Notes: generated by a model not told the origin, from the letters alone. Shown: positions 20,803-31,428, counted from the first letter of the stretch. The stretch is 64,000 nucleotides of DNA from Motiliproteus sp. (GCA_041586735.1 JBFGZQ010000013.1:23186-87185), one strand, 5' to 3'. Numbers and translations are program-made.

Positions 20803-21183
20803 GCGAGCCCCTAGGTCTGCCTGCTCGGCAGACGGCTAAAAATGTCGGGCGGCTTGAGCGCCAACCCCTGGATCTCGATCCCATCGAGAGATGGTCGGCA
20901 AGGAGCCGACCAGACTCACCCGCGTTGCGATATCCACCCTATCCCCTGCACGCCGACCTCGACAGCAGAAACACCCTTGGCATGGGTGTTTAGCGATAAA
21001 ACGATCGTCAAGCATAGCAAAAAAACCACCAGACAGACCCTTTAGTCTCAACACAACCACCGGTTTAAGCGGATTTAATTACCGAGCCCGCGTTCCCGCT
21101 TGGCAGCGGCAGCCAGATTGACCCACAGGGGCGGCTCAGGTAGTGTTAACGCTTCATTTTTCCCCCTGCAGATGACTATCCTG

Positions 21184-21432
21184 ATGCCTCGCAAGCCGCA
21201 CACTCCCGATTTTGAAACCAGCCTCTCTGAGCTCGAATCTCTGGTCAAGCAGATGGAGCAGGGCGACCTGTCGCTGGAAGACTCGCTACAGGCTTTTGAA
21301 CAGGGCATCCGCCTGACTCGAGAGTGCCAGCTAACGCTGAATCAGGCGGAACAGAAGGTGCAGGTATTGATCGAGCAAAACGGCACCCTGCAAACAGTCG
21401 ATTTCAACACCGGTGAGTCGCTGGAGCTATAA
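21184..21432 (+). CDS. xseB: Exodeoxyribonuclease VII small subunit
   Basis: Start moved to ATG 21184 (MPRKPHTPDFETSLSELESLVKQMEQGDLSLEDSLQAFEQGIRLTRECQ). ATG 21172 is an alternative start. Confidence 0.85.
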   Translation: MPRKPHTPDFETSLSELESLVKQMEQGDLSLEDSLQAFEQGIRLTRECQLTLNQAEQKVQVLIEQNGTLQTVDFNTGESLEL

Positions 21433-21437
21433 CGCTA

Positions 21438-22397
21438 ATGGATGATCTGCAGCAACGTATCCAACCCCTGTGTCAACGGGTCGAACTGAGACTCGCCCAG
21501 CACTTCGATCAACAGTCGCCATCCACCCCTCCGCAACAGCTCCGCGAAGCGATGCGTTACGGTCTGCTTAACGGTGGCAAGCGCCTGCGACCGGTATTGG
21601 TCTATGCCAGCTGCCTGGCGCTCGGCGGCGAACTCCATCAAGCCGATGCCGCCGCCGCAGCCCTAGAGTGCATCCACGCCTACTCACTGATTCACGATGA
21701 CCTCCCGGCGATGGACGATGATACTCTGCGGCGCGGCAAACCCACCTGTCACATCGCCTTTGATGAAGCCACTGCCATTCTCGCAGGTGATGCGCTACAA
21801 CCCCTGGCTTTCGAACTCTTAAGCCAGCCCTGCGACCTCAGCCCAGCCATTCAGCTGCAGATGATTCAGATTCTAGCGCAGGCCAGCGGCGATGGCGGCA
21901 TGGTCGCGGGGCAGGCACTGGACATCCAAGCTGAAGGCCAGCGCCAGACCCTGACCCAGCTGGAGCAGATGCACCGTCTCAAAACCGGCGCGCTGATCCG
22001 CGCCGCCGTTCAGCTAGGCGCGCTGGCGTCGGGTCACTGCGATCCGAGCCGTCTGGCCACGCTGAGCGACTATGCGGCGGCGATTGGACTGGCGTTTCAG
22101 GTGCAGGACGATATTCTGGATATCGAGAGTGACACCCAGACCCTGGGAAAGACCCAGGGGGCCGATCTGCATAGAAACAAATCGACCTACCCGGCGCTAT
22201 TGGGTCTCGAAGGGGCCAAACACAAAGCCGCCGAACTGCATCGCCAGGCACTAGAGGCGCTGCAACAGCTGCCGTCGACTCAGGCCAGCGTTCAGGCGGC
22301 TTCGGTACAGGCGCTCCCCGCACAGACTGCGTCCCTGCCGACCAGCACCGAACTGCTGGTACAGATTGCCGACTATATTATCGCCCGCAATCATTGA
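21438..22397 (+). CDS. ispA: Farnesyl-diphosphate synthase
   Basis: It has the FARM motif LIHDDLPAMDDD and the SARM motif FQVQDDILD. An unusual Q/A/S/P-rich insert sits near the C-terminus (see findings). Confidence 0.9.
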   Translation: MDDLQQRIQPLCQRVELRLAQHFDQQSPSTPPQQLREAMRYGLLNGGKRLRPVLVYASCLALGGELHQADAAAAALECIHAYSLIHDDLPAMDDDTLRRGKPTCHIAFDEATAILAGDALQPLAFELLSQPCDLSPAIQLQMIQILAQASGDGGMVAGQALDIQAEGQRQTLTQLEQMHRLKTGALIRAAVQLGALASGHCDPSRLATLSDYAAAIGLAFQVQDDILDIESDTQTLGKTQGADLHRNKSTYPALLGLEGAKHKAAELHRQALEALQQLPSTQASVQAASVQALPAQTASLPTSTELLVQIADYIIARNH

Positions 22398-22427
22398 TTG
22401 CCGGCCACCAGGGTTACACTCAAGCCG

Positions 22428-24290
22428 ATGCATAACGCACTACCCGAGACGCGACCCCAGACCCCGCTGCTGGACCGGATCAATGCGCCAGCCGATCTGC
22501 GCCTGCTCGACAGCCACCAGCTCCCCGAGCTGGCCGAACAGTTGCGCAGCTACCTACTCTACAGCGTCGCCCAGAGCGGCGGTCATTTCGGTGCGGGACT
22601 GGGGGTGGTTGAACTCACGGTCGCCCTGCACTACGTGTTTGACACCCCCCGCGACAGCCTGATCTGGGATGTCGGCCATCAATGCTACCCGCATAAACTG
22701 CTGACCGGTCGCCGTGATGCGCTGCTCAAGATTCGTCAAGCCGATGGCCCATCACCGTTTCCTAAGCGTGACGAGAGCCCCTACGACTGCTTCGGCACCG
22801 GTCATTCAAGCACCTCGATCAGCGCCGCGCTGGGCATAGCGTTGGCCCACAAACTCAAACAGCAACCCCAGCGCGCCGTCGCGGTGATCGGTGATGGCGC
22901 GATGACCGGCGGCATGGCGTTCGAAGCCCTCAATCATGCTGCCCACACCGGTGCCGATCTGTTGGTGATTCTGAACGACAACGATATGTCGATCTCCCCC
23001 AACGAGGGTGGATTGGCAACCTATCTGAGCAAACATCTGCGCAGCGCCTTTACCCTTGACGACCATAACAGCGCACGCCCTAGTGAGCGCACCGGCGCCG
23101 GTACCACCGCGGCCCTGTTTGAAGCGCTGGAGTTCAACTATAACGGTCCGATTGATGGTCACGATCTGGCGCTGCTGGTGTCGACGTTACAGCGCCTACG
23201 CCAAGCCCAGGGGCCACAGTTTTTGCATATTGTCACCACCAAAGGCAAAGGTTTTGCGCCCGCCGAACAGGATCCGGTCGGCTACCACGCCATCACCAAG
23301 CTACCCGCACCAAACGAACAGTACAGCAGCCTGCCGGGAACGGCCTACTCTCAGGTCTTTGGCGACTGGCTGTGCGCCACAGCCGAGCAGGATTCACGCC
23401 TGGTAGCCATCACCCCGGCGATGAGCGAGGGCTCGGGCATGGTCGACTATGCCCGCCGCTTCCCGGCACGTTTTTTTGATGTGGCGATCGCCGAGCAGCA
23501 CGCATTGACCTTGGCGGCGGGGCTGGCGTGTCAACAGATGAAACCGGTGGTAGCGATCTACTCCACCTTCCTGCAGCGCGGTTATGATCAACTGATTCAC
23601 GACATCGCCCTGCAACAACTCGATGTCCTCTTGGCGATAGATCGTGCAGGCTTAGTTGGCGAGGATGGTCCGACCCACCATGGCTGTTTCGATCTGAGCT
23701 TCCTGCGCTGCATCCCCAACCTCCTCATTATGGCCCCTGCTGACGAACTCGAGACCCAACGGTTACTGGAGACCGGTTACCGGCACCCGGGACCCGCCTG
23801 TGTCCGCTACCCACGCGGCAAAGGCCCAGGAACGGCGCTGCAGAACAACCCGCAACCGATCCCGCTAGGCCAAAGCCGAACGCTGCGCCACGGCAAAGGC
23901 GCCGCACTGCTGAACTTTGGCAGCCTGCTGAGCGAAGCGCAGGCGGTCGCCGAAGCGCTGGATCTAACCCTCGTGGATATGCGCTTTGTTAAACCACTGG
24001 ATCACACCCGACTCGTTGAGCTGATCCAGCACCACGGGCTACTGATCACCCTGGAAGAGAACAGCATTGCCGGCGGCGCCGGATCAGGGGTACACGAGTG
24101 GCTTGCACAGCAGCAGTCTAGTCCACATCCACATCAAGACCCACGACAGACCATCAGGATCATCAATCTGGGACTGGAGGATCATTTTATCGGCCACGGC
24201 AGTGCGAGACTACTGCGCAGCCAGGCAGGACTGGACCGCACCAGCCTGATAAACAGGATTCAACCACTCCTCGATCCAAATATTAGTTAG
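22428..24290 (+). CDS. dxs: 1-deoxy-D-xylulose-5-phosphate synthase
   Basis: Start moved to ATG 22428 (MHNALPETRPQTPLLDRINAPADLR). It has GHSSTSISAALG and GDGAMTGGMAFEALNHA..NDN. The xseB-ispA-dxs order is conserved. Confidence 0.95.
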   Translation: MHNALPETRPQTPLLDRINAPADLRLLDSHQLPELAEQLRSYLLYSVAQSGGHFGAGLGVVELTVALHYVFDTPRDSLIWDVGHQCYPHKLLTGRRDALLKIRQADGPSPFPKRDESPYDCFGTGHSSTSISAALGIALAHKLKQQPQRAVAVIGDGAMTGGMAFEALNHAAHTGADLLVILNDNDMSISPNEGGLATYLSKHLRSAFTLDDHNSARPSERTGAGTTAALFEALEFNYNGPIDGHDLALLVSTLQRLRQAQGPQFLHIVTTKGKGFAPAEQDPVGYHAITKLPAPNEQYSSLPGTAYSQVFGDWLCATAEQDSRLVAITPAMSEGSGMVDYARRFPARFFDVAIAEQHALTLAAGLACQQMKPVVAIYSTFLQRGYDQLIHDIALQQLDVLLAIDRAGLVGEDGPTHHGCFDLSFLRCIPNLLIMAPADELETQRLLETGYRHPGPACVRYPRGKGPGTALQNNPQPIPLGQSRTLRHGKGAALLNFGSLLSEAQAVAEALDLTLVDMRFVKPLDHTRLVELIQHHGLLITLEENSIAGGAGSGVHEWLAQQQSSPHPHQDPRQTIRIINLGLEDHFIGHGSARLLRSQAGLDRTSLINRIQPLLDPNIS

Positions 24291-24317
24291 CGCGTAGAGA
24301 AGCGGTTTCACCCAACC

Positions 24318-24974
24318 TCAGGAGGAGGCGTCACCCTTAAAATGGTGCTCTGACATCATATGGCCAAGCTTACCGGCCTTGGTCGCCAGGTACTGTTCGT
24401 TATGGCTATTCTTGCCCACCTGCAGCGGCTCGCGTGCCACGACATTGACCCCATATTGAACCAAGGCCGCCACTTTACGCGGGTTGTTGGTCATCAATCT
24501 GACGCTGCTGATGCCCAGGTGCTCAAGCATGGCTTTGCACATACTGTAATCGCGCAGATCTGCAGCAAATCCCAGCCGCTCATTGGCTTCAACGGTATCC
24601 GCCCCTTGATCCTGCAGGTGATACGCGCGGATCTTATTTAGCAGGCCGATACCCCGACCCTCTTGGCGCAAGTACAAAATCGCCCCCGAACCCTGCTCGG
24701 CAATCCGCTTCATCGCTTCTTGTAACTGAAAACCACAATCACAGCGCATGCTAAACAGCGCGTCACCGGTCAGACACTCGGAATGGATACGGGTTAGTAC
24801 CGGCTGGTCAGTATTGACCTCGCCGAGCGTTAACACGAGATGTTCTTTGCCGGTCTTCGGTTCTTCGAAGCCATGCATGGTAAACGTACCCCAAGGGGTA
24901 GGCAGTTTAGATGAGGCAATGTAACTCACAGGCACGTTAAAATTCCCAATAAAAGCGGCGATGCATTCTATCAA
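24318..24974 (-). CDS. ribA: GTP cyclohydrolase II
   Basis: It has the zinc triad in [20 protein letters not shown], plus [11 protein letters not shown] and MTNNPRK. The start codon is uncertain (non-ATG per the track). Confidence 0.85.
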   Translation of the reverse strand: MIECIAAFIGNFNVPVSYIASSKLPTPWGTFTMHGFEEPKTGKEHLVLTLGEVNTDQPVLTRIHSECLTGDALFSMRCDCGFQLQEAMKRIAEQGSGAILYLRQEGRGIGLLNKIRAYHLQDQGADTVEANERLGFAADLRDYSMCKAMLEHLGISSVRLMTNNPRKVAALVQYGVNVVAREPLQVGKNSHNEQYLATKAGKLGHMMSEHHFKGDASS

Positions 24975-25159
24975 TGTCGGATAAGCATTGGCGAATAAAT
25001 CAGCGCCTTGCTATCCCGAGTAATACTCTCTGCTATACAGATTAAAGTCTAACACCAATCACTTGGCCTACAGAAATGGCCGCTCGCCGCTACAAAAGTC
25101 ACAACGGGCCGACGTCCAGCGGACCCACGCAGGCGATCTCTACAGGCCATTCTTACAAA

Positions 25160-25633
25160 CTATCCCCACCACCAGACACAGGCCTGCAGTACCGCCCAGG
25201 CGTAGATACCGGCCAACACATCATCAATCATGATGCCAAAGCCTCCGGCCACTTTCTTGTCCGCCCAGCCTATAGGCTGGGGCTTGGCGATATCGAACAA
25301 CCGAAATAGCACGAATCCCAGCAGCAACCAGCCCCACCCGGGGGGCACCAGAATCAGGGTAATCCAGAGTCCGACAAACTCGTCCCAGACGATACCCCCA
25401 TGGTCGTGCACGCCCAGATCACGCGAGGTGCGTTCGCACAGATAGATACCGAGCAGGAACGCCGCCACAACCACCACCAGATAACCCAGCAACGGCAGTT
25501 CGCGCAACCACAGGTAGGGCAGCACAGCCGCCAGCGTCCCCCAGGTACCCGGCGCCCGTCGGGGCGCCCCGCTGCCAAAGCCAAAGGCGGCGAGGTGAAC
25601 AGGATTGCGCCAGTTAGGTCTTGGCAGTGACAC
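25160..25633 (-). CDS. pgpA: Phosphatidylglycerophosphatase A
   Basis: 157 aa membrane protein with GFGSG..APGTWGT and DIAKP motifs. It sits downstream of thiL, as is usual. Confidence 0.85.
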   Translation of the reverse strand: MSLPRPNWRNPVHLAAFGFGSGAPRRAPGTWGTLAAVLPYLWLRELPLLGYLVVVVAAFLLGIYLCERTSRDLGVHDHGGIVWDEFVGLWITLILVPPGWGWLLLGFVLFRLFDIAKPQPIGWADKKVAGGFGIMIDDVLAGIYAWAVLQACVWWWG

Positions 25634-25687
25634 GCAAGGCTCCGTGGTTAATCGAAATTAGTCGAAAAAAAGTCAGCGGCAAAGGGC

Positions 25688-26656
25688 TTAAAAGTGCTGA
25701 TAACCGCTCGGCTGCAGCGCGACCGAGCCTCCAGCCTGAGTACGCCCGACCAAGCCGGGCTCGGCACGGACCCGACCGATGCGCTGACAACCGACATCCA
25801 GATCGCAGAGCGCTGCGGCTAATGCCGCCTCCTTGGCCGCGGGCACAGTAAAACACAACTCGAAGTCTTCACCCCCGGTCAACGCCCAGTGTTGCGCCCG
25901 CGCCGCATCATACTGCGCCAGCATGGCTGTCGAATAGGGCAGTTGATCCAACTCAATCATCGCCCCCAGATTATCCGCTTTAAGCAGATGCCCGAGATCG
26001 GCCAGCAAACCATCGGAAATATCCAGCGCCGCGCTGGCGATCCCCCGCAGCGCCTGGCCCAGGGCGATCCGTGCACGGGGTTGATAAAACCGTTGCAGCA
26101 GATAGGGATCTGGGGATTGGCGCTCCGACTGCAACGCGTGTTGCAGCTGATCCAGCCCCGCCATCGCATCGCCGAGCGTACCGCTGACCCAGATACCATC
26201 ACCCGGTTTGGCACCGCGCCGCGTCAAAGCTTGCCCCTGAGGCAGCCAGCCATGCACTTGCAGACTCAGGGTCCGATGTCCCCGGGTAGTATCACCGCCC
26301 ACCAGGCTCAGACCGTAGCGCTGCAACGCGGCACCCAAGCCTTGACTGAACAGTCGTAACCAGGCCTCATCCGCCTCGGGCAGCGTCAGCGCCAGAGTCA
26401 ACCAGGCAGGCTTGGCCCCCATCGCCGCCAGATCGCTAACAGCACTGGCCAGTGCCCGGTGCGCCAGCTGATCGGCAGCGATACCCGGCAAGAAATGGGT
26501 ACCCTCGACCAGGGTATCGATCGACACCGCTAACTGCTGGCCAGCGGGGACCGTTAATAGCGCGCAGTCGTCACCGATCCCCAGATCGACACCCTGCCCG
26601 TAGCCTGGCAGCGTCTTAAAGTAGCGATCGATCAACTCAAATTCAGCGACGGCCAT
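25688..26656 (-). CDS. thiL: Thiamine-monophosphate kinase
   Basis: 322 aa with FELI..GIGDDCA, an AIR-synthase-like fold, and GGD.. motifs. Confidence 0.85.
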   Translation of the reverse strand: MAVAEFELIDRYFKTLPGYGQGVDLGIGDDCALLTVPAGQQLAVSIDTLVEGTHFLPGIAADQLAHRALASAVSDLAAMGAKPAWLTLALTLPEADEAWLRLFSQGLGAALQRYGLSLVGGDTTRGHRTLSLQVHGWLPQGQALTRRGAKPGDGIWVSGTLGDAMAGLDQLQHALQSERQSPDPYLLQRFYQPRARIALGQALRGIASAALDISDGLLADLGHLLKADNLGAMIELDQLPYSTAMLAQYDAARAQHWALTGGEDFELCFTVPAAKEAALAAALCDLDVGCQRIGRVRAEPGLVGRTQAGGSVALQPSGYQHF

Positions 26657-26686
26657 ACCCAGCTCTCAGCTCTCAGCTCTCTACTC

Positions 26687-27211
26687 TCAGCGCTTAGCGG
26701 CGCTTATCTCAGGAGCACGTAGATCACGAGCCACCCGATCCAGTACACCATTGACATACTTGTGGCTCTCGGTGGCACCGAAGATTTTGGCCAGATTGAC
26801 CGCTTCATTGATTGCCACCCTGTAGGGCACATCGATCATCGCCGCCAGCTCATAGGAACCCATCCGCAGCACGGTCAGTTCGATGGGATCAAGATCTTCC
26901 AGCTTGCGATCGAGATAGGGGGCGAACACCTGATCCAGCTCAGTAGATCGGGAGGGCACACCGTGCAACAGGCCAGAGAACAGCTTCATATCGGCCCTAC
27001 TCATATCGTTCTCGGCACGAAATTCCGCCTCGATAGCGCCCAGCGTGGAACCCGCCATGTGCCACTGATACAGCGCTTGAAGCGCAAAACTGCGCGCCTC
27101 ACGCTTCATCTCGGTACGCGAAGGCTTGTTACTTTTAACCGGGCTTTTGATCGAGCCTTTAGCCGCGTCCTTAGCTGGGCCTTGAGTTGCACTACCGTCT
27201 GAATCACTCAC
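26687..27211 (-). CDS. nusB: Transcription antitermination factor NusB
   Basis: The NusB core (REARSFALQALYQWHM...INEAVNLAKIFG..SHKYVNGVLD) is preceded by a K/S-rich extension of about 35 aa. The real start may be internal. Confidence 0.85.
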   Translation of the reverse strand: MSDSDGSATQGPAKDAAKGSIKSPVKSNKPSRTEMKREARSFALQALYQWHMAGSTLGAIEAEFRAENDMSRADMKLFSGLLHGVPSRSTELDQVFAPYLDRKLEDLDPIELTVLRMGSYELAAMIDVPYRVAINEAVNLAKIFGATESHKYVNGVLDRVARDLRAPEISAAKR

Positions 27212-27214
27212 GAC

Positions 27215-27691
27215 CTAACCCTCGAGCTGCTTAAGCAGACTGACCATCTCTAGTGACGACAGCGCGGCTTCGGCACCTTTATTGCCGGCCTTGGTGCCGG
27301 AACGCTCGATTGCCTGCTCGATAGAATTGACGGTCAGAATGCCATTCGCTACCGGGATACCAAAGTCCATCGCCACCTGCGCGCAGCCCTTGGCACTCTC
27401 GGCACTGACATATTCAAAATGGGGGGTACCGCCACGGATCACCGCACCCAAGGCGATAATGGCATCTTCACGCTGCTGCTCAGCCACTTTCTTGACTGCC
27501 AGCGGAATCTCGATCGCACCAGGCACCCGGACGATACGGATATTAGCCTCTGCAACGCCATGGCGCCGTAAGGCATCCACGGCACCGGCTACCAGGCTCT
27601 CGACCACAAAGGCATTAAAACGACCTACGATAATAGCGTAGCGGCCTGCGGATGCATCGGTGTAATCGCCTTCGACTATCTGAACTGTCAT
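27215..27691 (-). CDS. ribH: 6,7-dimethyl-8-ribityllumazine synthase
   Basis: 158 aa with [14 protein letters not shown] and HFEYV motifs. Confidence 0.9.
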   Translation of the reverse strand: MTVQIVEGDYTDASAGRYAIIVGRFNAFVVESLVAGAVDALRRHGVAEANIRIVRVPGAIEIPLAVKKVAEQQREDAIIALGAVIRGGTPHFEYVSAESAKGCAQVAMDFGIPVANGILTVNSIEQAIERSGTKAGNKGAEAALSSLEMVSLLKQLEG

Positions 27692-27764
27692 TGCTGTTTC
27701 CTTCTATCTATAAAGTCTGTCGGGTAAATACGGGGCTGTCGCATTTGCGAGCATGACAACCGCA

Positions 27765-28874
27765 TCAGCTATCGCAAGGGATGAACTCGACCACTTCGAG
27801 ATCAAAACCTGACAACGCATTAAATTTAATCGGTGAGCTTAGCAGGCGCATCTTGCTCACTCCCAGATCACGCAAAATCTGCGAGCCGGTGCCGATGGTC
27901 ATATAGGTCCCGGCGCCATCGATATTGGCGGGCCGAACCGGACGCTGATTCAGATGCGCATCCAAACTACTCACCAGATCTTCGGGGGCGCTGTCACCAA
28001 GCAACACCACCACCCCAGCCCCCTCATCGGCAACCCGCTGCAATGACTTACGCAGGGTCCATTTCGGTTCATCGCTATTAACGCCGATCACATCCCGCAG
28101 CGCGTCAGCCATATGCACTCGAACTAGGGTGGGCTGATCCGCCTTAAGCTCACCTTTCACCAGCGCGATATGGCTAGAACCATGGGTCGAATCCCGATAG
28201 CTGATCGCCTGAAACTCACCCTGATCGGTTTGCAGGCTATAGCTGGATTCGCGCTCAACGGTATGCTCATTGAGGATCCGGTAGTGAATCAGGTCGGCAA
28301 TCGTGCCGATCTTCAGCTGATGCTTCTCGGCAAATTTTTCCAGATCGGGACGACGCGCCATGGAACCATCATCATTCATGATCTCAACGATCGCAGCCGC
28401 CGGCATACAACCCGCCAGACGCCCCAGATCACACCCCGCTTCTGTATGGCCGGCCCGGCTCAACACCCCACCCGGCTGCGCCATCAACGGGAAAATATGC
28501 CCCGGCTGGACGATATCCTCAGGCTTGACCTGCGGATCAACGGCGGTACGCACCGTATGGGCACGATCGGCGGCCGATATCCCGGTAGTGACGCCTTTGG
28601 CTGCTTCAATCGACACCGTAAAATTGGTCGCATACTGGGCGCCATTATCCTGCACCATCAGCGGTAACTTCAGCTTCTGGCAATGCTCGCGGGTCAGCGT
28701 CAGGCAGATCAAACCCCGGGCATGGGTCGCCATGAAATTAATATCTTGCGGACGTACCTTCTCGGCGGCGATGACCAGGTCGCCTTCGTTTTCGCGATCT
28801 TCATCATCCATCAGGATGACCATTTTTCCCTGCCGGATATCTTCAATCAGCTCGGCGGTGGAGTTAAGACCCAT
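27765..28874 (-). CDS. ribBA: 3,4-dihydroxy-2-butanone-4-phosphate synthase fused to a degenerate GTP-cyclohydrolase-II-like domain
   Basis: Start moved to ATG 28874 (MGLNSTAELIEDIRQGKMVILMDDEDRENEGDL). The N-terminal half is a typical DHBP synthase. The C-terminal half aligns to GCH II but lacks the C..C.C zinc triad and the QEGRGIG motif. Confidence 0.85.
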   Translation of the reverse strand: MGLNSTAELIEDIRQGKMVILMDDEDRENEGDLVIAAEKVRPQDINFMATHARGLICLTLTREHCQKLKLPLMVQDNGAQYATNFTVSIEAAKGVTTGISAADRAHTVRTAVDPQVKPEDIVQPGHIFPLMAQPGGVLSRAGHTEAGCDLGRLAGCMPAAAIVEIMNDDGSMARRPDLEKFAEKHQLKIGTIADLIHYRILNEHTVERESSYSLQTDQGEFQAISYRDSTHGSSHIALVKGELKADQPTLVRVHMADALRDVIGVNSDEPKWTLRKSLQRVADEGAGVVVLLGDSAPEDLVSSLDAHLNQRPVRPANIDGAGTYMTIGTGSQILRDLGVSKMRLLSSPIKFNALSGFDLEVVEFIPCDS

Positions 28875-28952
28875 AGTGGCTCCTGTTACGCTAGTAGGTA
28901 AATACAATATCAGTTAAAACCGCGCCCCTGGTTGCAGGTCGCAGTACTAAGA

Positions 28953-29621
28953 TTAAAAGCCGTGTTCGGCCAGAAATGCCCTGCTCAGTCCGCTCGGTTT
29001 CGCCGCGCTCGCATCGTCGCTTGGCGCGTCGCTCCCCTGCAGCAACCGCTCCAGATAACGGGCGATCATATCCACTTCCAGGTTCACCCGGCGGCCGGCA
29101 CGGTACGCGCTGATCAGCGTACCCTCCAGGGTATGGGGGACGATATTAAGCTCAAATACCCGGCCAGCCACCGCATTGACGGTTAGACTCACGCCATCAA
29201 CAGTAATCGAGCCCTTGGTGGCGATATAGCGTGCCAACGCCTCGGGGGCCTGGATCCGAAACCGTACCGAACGACCGTCGTCGCGGCGCTCCAATACCTC
29301 ACCAATACCATCGACATGACCGCTGACGATATGACCGCCTAAACGGCTGGTCGGCAGCAGGGCTTTTTCTAGATTGACCTGATCGCCGGCTCCCAACAGT
29401 TCAAATTCGGTATGCGCTAATGTTTCACGGGAAACATCAGCCCAAAAACCGTCACCGGGCAGCTCGACGACGGTCAGGCACACGCCATTAACGGCAATAC
29501 TGTCACCCAGAATCACATCGCCCAGATCCAGCGCTCCGGTACGGATGCGCAGGCGTAAGTCGCCGTCCTGCATCCGACTGTCGGCCACCTCACCCACGGC
29601 TTCGATAATACCCGTAAACAT
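28953..29621 (-). CDS. ribE: Riboflavin synthase alpha chain
   Basis: Start moved to ATG 29621 (MFTGIIEAVGEV). It has two lumazine-binding repeats (GDSIAVNGVCLTV and GSITVDGVSLTV). Confidence 0.9.
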   Translation of the reverse strand: MFTGIIEAVGEVADSRMQDGDLRLRIRTGALDLGDVILGDSIAVNGVCLTVVELPGDGFWADVSRETLAHTEFELLGAGDQVNLEKALLPTSRLGGHIVSGHVDGIGEVLERRDDGRSVRFRIQAPEALARYIATKGSITVDGVSLTVNAVAGRVFELNIVPHTLEGTLISAYRAGRRVNLEVDMIARYLERLLQGSDAPSDDASAAKPSGLSRAFLAEHGF

Positions 29622-29625
29622 CGGT

Positions 29626-30753
29626 CTAATTCCTTTGCGCGAAACGAAAGTTAAAACGCTGATCATCACCCAATTGCCGCTGACCGGCCAGAACTAACCG
29701 ATACTGCTGCGCCATCTGCTCCAGCGGTAGTGTAAACGCCGGGCGTGCACTAGAGCCTAACAGAGTCGGTGCCTGATAGATCACCAGCTCGTCCACCAAC
29801 TGCTCGTGAATAAAAGCCCCGCTGAGGGTCGCCCCGGCTTCGATCAATAGTTCATTACACTCGCGCTCACGAGCCAGCCAGTGCAACACCGCCAGCGGCT
29901 CGACAACCCGCTGCTGAACCAAGGTGGCCTTGCCACTTAACTGCGCCACTCTAGTCGGATCGGCAGCAACATAGAAGATCACCGTTTCACCCGGTTGGGC
30001 CAGCATCGCCGCGTTCGCCGGGGTGCGCAACTGCGAATCAACTATGACTCGCAACGGCTGCCGGCGGATGACCTCGGGCATATCCGCCACCGACACCGCA
30101 GATCCCAGCGGCTCGGCGCGCAGGGTCAACGCCGGATCATCCTTCAGCAGCGTACCTATGCCCGTCAGAATGGCCGAGCTGCGCGCCCGCAAGCGCTGCA
30201 CATCCGCACGCGCTTGCGGGCCGGTAATCCATTTTGATTCGCCCGATGCCATAGCAGTGCGACCATCCAGACTGATCGCCTGTTTGATCCGTACATAGGG
30301 GCGCTGACGCGTCATCCGTGAAATAAAACCGGGATTGAGCGCTTCGGCTTGCGGCTGCAACAACCCCCAGCTGACTTCGATACCCGCCTGCTGCAAGCGG
30401 TTGTGGCCGCGACCAGAGACCAGCGGATTAGGGTCTTGCATCGCCGACACCACTCGAACAATACCGGCTTTCATTAATGCATCGCAGCAGGGCGGCGTCT
30501 TGCCAAAATGGCTGCAAGGCTCGAGCGTCACATACGCCGTCGCACCCTGAGCCGCAGCGCCGGCTTGCGCCAGCGCATTCACCTCGGCATGGCCTTCGCC
30601 CGCGCGGCGATGATAACCTTCGCCCACCACCCGACCCGCGTTGACCAACACGCAACCCACCCGTGGGTTGGGTTCAGTAGTGTAGAGCCCCCGTGCAGCC
30701 AATTGCAGTGCCCTGGCCATATAACCATGATCAGCAGCGTTAAAGTGCATCAA
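29626..30753 (-). CDS. ribD: Bifunctional riboflavin biosynthesis deaminase/reductase
   Basis: It has the deaminase zinc motifs HAEVNAL and [11 protein letters not shown] plus a C-terminal reductase domain. The 375 aa length is typical. Confidence 0.9.
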   Translation of the reverse strand: MMHFNAADHGYMARALQLAARGLYTTEPNPRVGCVLVNAGRVVGEGYHRRAGEGHAEVNALAQAGAAAQGATAYVTLEPCSHFGKTPPCCDALMKAGIVRVVSAMQDPNPLVSGRGHNRLQQAGIEVSWGLLQPQAEALNPGFISRMTRQRPYVRIKQAISLDGRTAMASGESKWITGPQARADVQRLRARSSAILTGIGTLLKDDPALTLRAEPLGSAVSVADMPEVIRRQPLRVIVDSQLRTPANAAMLAQPGETVIFYVAADPTRVAQLSGKATLVQQRVVEPLAVLHWLARERECNELLIEAGATLSGAFIHEQLVDELVIYQAPTLLGSSARPAFTLPLEQMAQQYRLVLAGQRQLGDDQRFNFRFAQRN

Positions 30754-31310
30754 CGATCGACCCCGCTAGCAAGGCCCCTAGGGGTAGGTGGAGTGCTGGA
30801 GAGGGCATTGGAGGGCGCACTGGAGGTCGTATTGGAAGTATTCTGAAGCGAGACAGCGGCGTGCGATGCGAGCTTGTCGATCTCGGCCTGAAATTCACTG
30901 ATATCCTGAAAGCTGCGGTACACCGAAGCGAAACGCACATAGGCGACCTGATCCAGCTGTCGCAGCGCGTCCATCACCGCCTCACCGACCACCATCGACG
31001 CGACTTCGCGCTCACCGGTGGCGCGTAGGCTATGTTTAATCTGGTTGATACAGGCTTCGATCGCCTCGATACCGACCGGACGTTTCTCCAACGAGCGCAG
31101 AATGCCCGCCCGGAGCTTGTCTTCATCGAAAGGCTGCCGAGTTCCATCCTGCTTGACCAGGCGTGGCATCAACAGCTCAGCCACCTCGTAGGTGGTATAG
31201 CGCTCATTGCAGGACAGACATTCACGACGACGGCGAACCTGAACCCCTTCGGCGACCAGACGCGAATCGATCACCTTGGTTTCATGGGCTTTGCAAAACG
31301 GACAGTGCAT
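30750..31310 (-). CDS. nrdR: Transcriptional repressor NrdR
   Basis: It has a CPFC..CLSC zinc ribbon and an ATP-cone, plus an S/T/P-rich C-terminal tail of about 38 aa. A 4-bp overlap links it to ribD. Confidence 0.9.
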   Translation of the reverse strand: MHCPFCKAHETKVIDSRLVAEGVQVRRRRECLSCNERYTTYEVAELLMPRLVKQDGTRQPFDEDKLRAGILRSLEKRPVGIEAIEACINQIKHSLRATGEREVASMVVGEAVMDALRQLDQVAYVRFASVYRSFQDISEFQAEIDKLASHAAVSLQNTSNTTSSAPSNALSSTPPTPRGLASGVDR

Positions 31311-31428
31311 CGCGTTAAACCTGCCTTAAAGAGCGTATAGCGGCCTGAACCGCTCGTGGGTAGAGACAACGAAGCCCCGATCTAGCGAGATCGAGGCTTC
31401 CGAGGCGCGTTATCGAGGTCGCGCGCCG

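Noticed and set aside
24975-25159. FMN (RFN) riboswitch upstream of ribA, and likewise upstream of ribBA at 28875-28952
   Set aside because: I read both strands and saw none of the conserved RFN core stretches (GGGxAGGGTGAAATTCCC...CCGACAGT-like). A covariance-model scan would be needed for a definitive negative.
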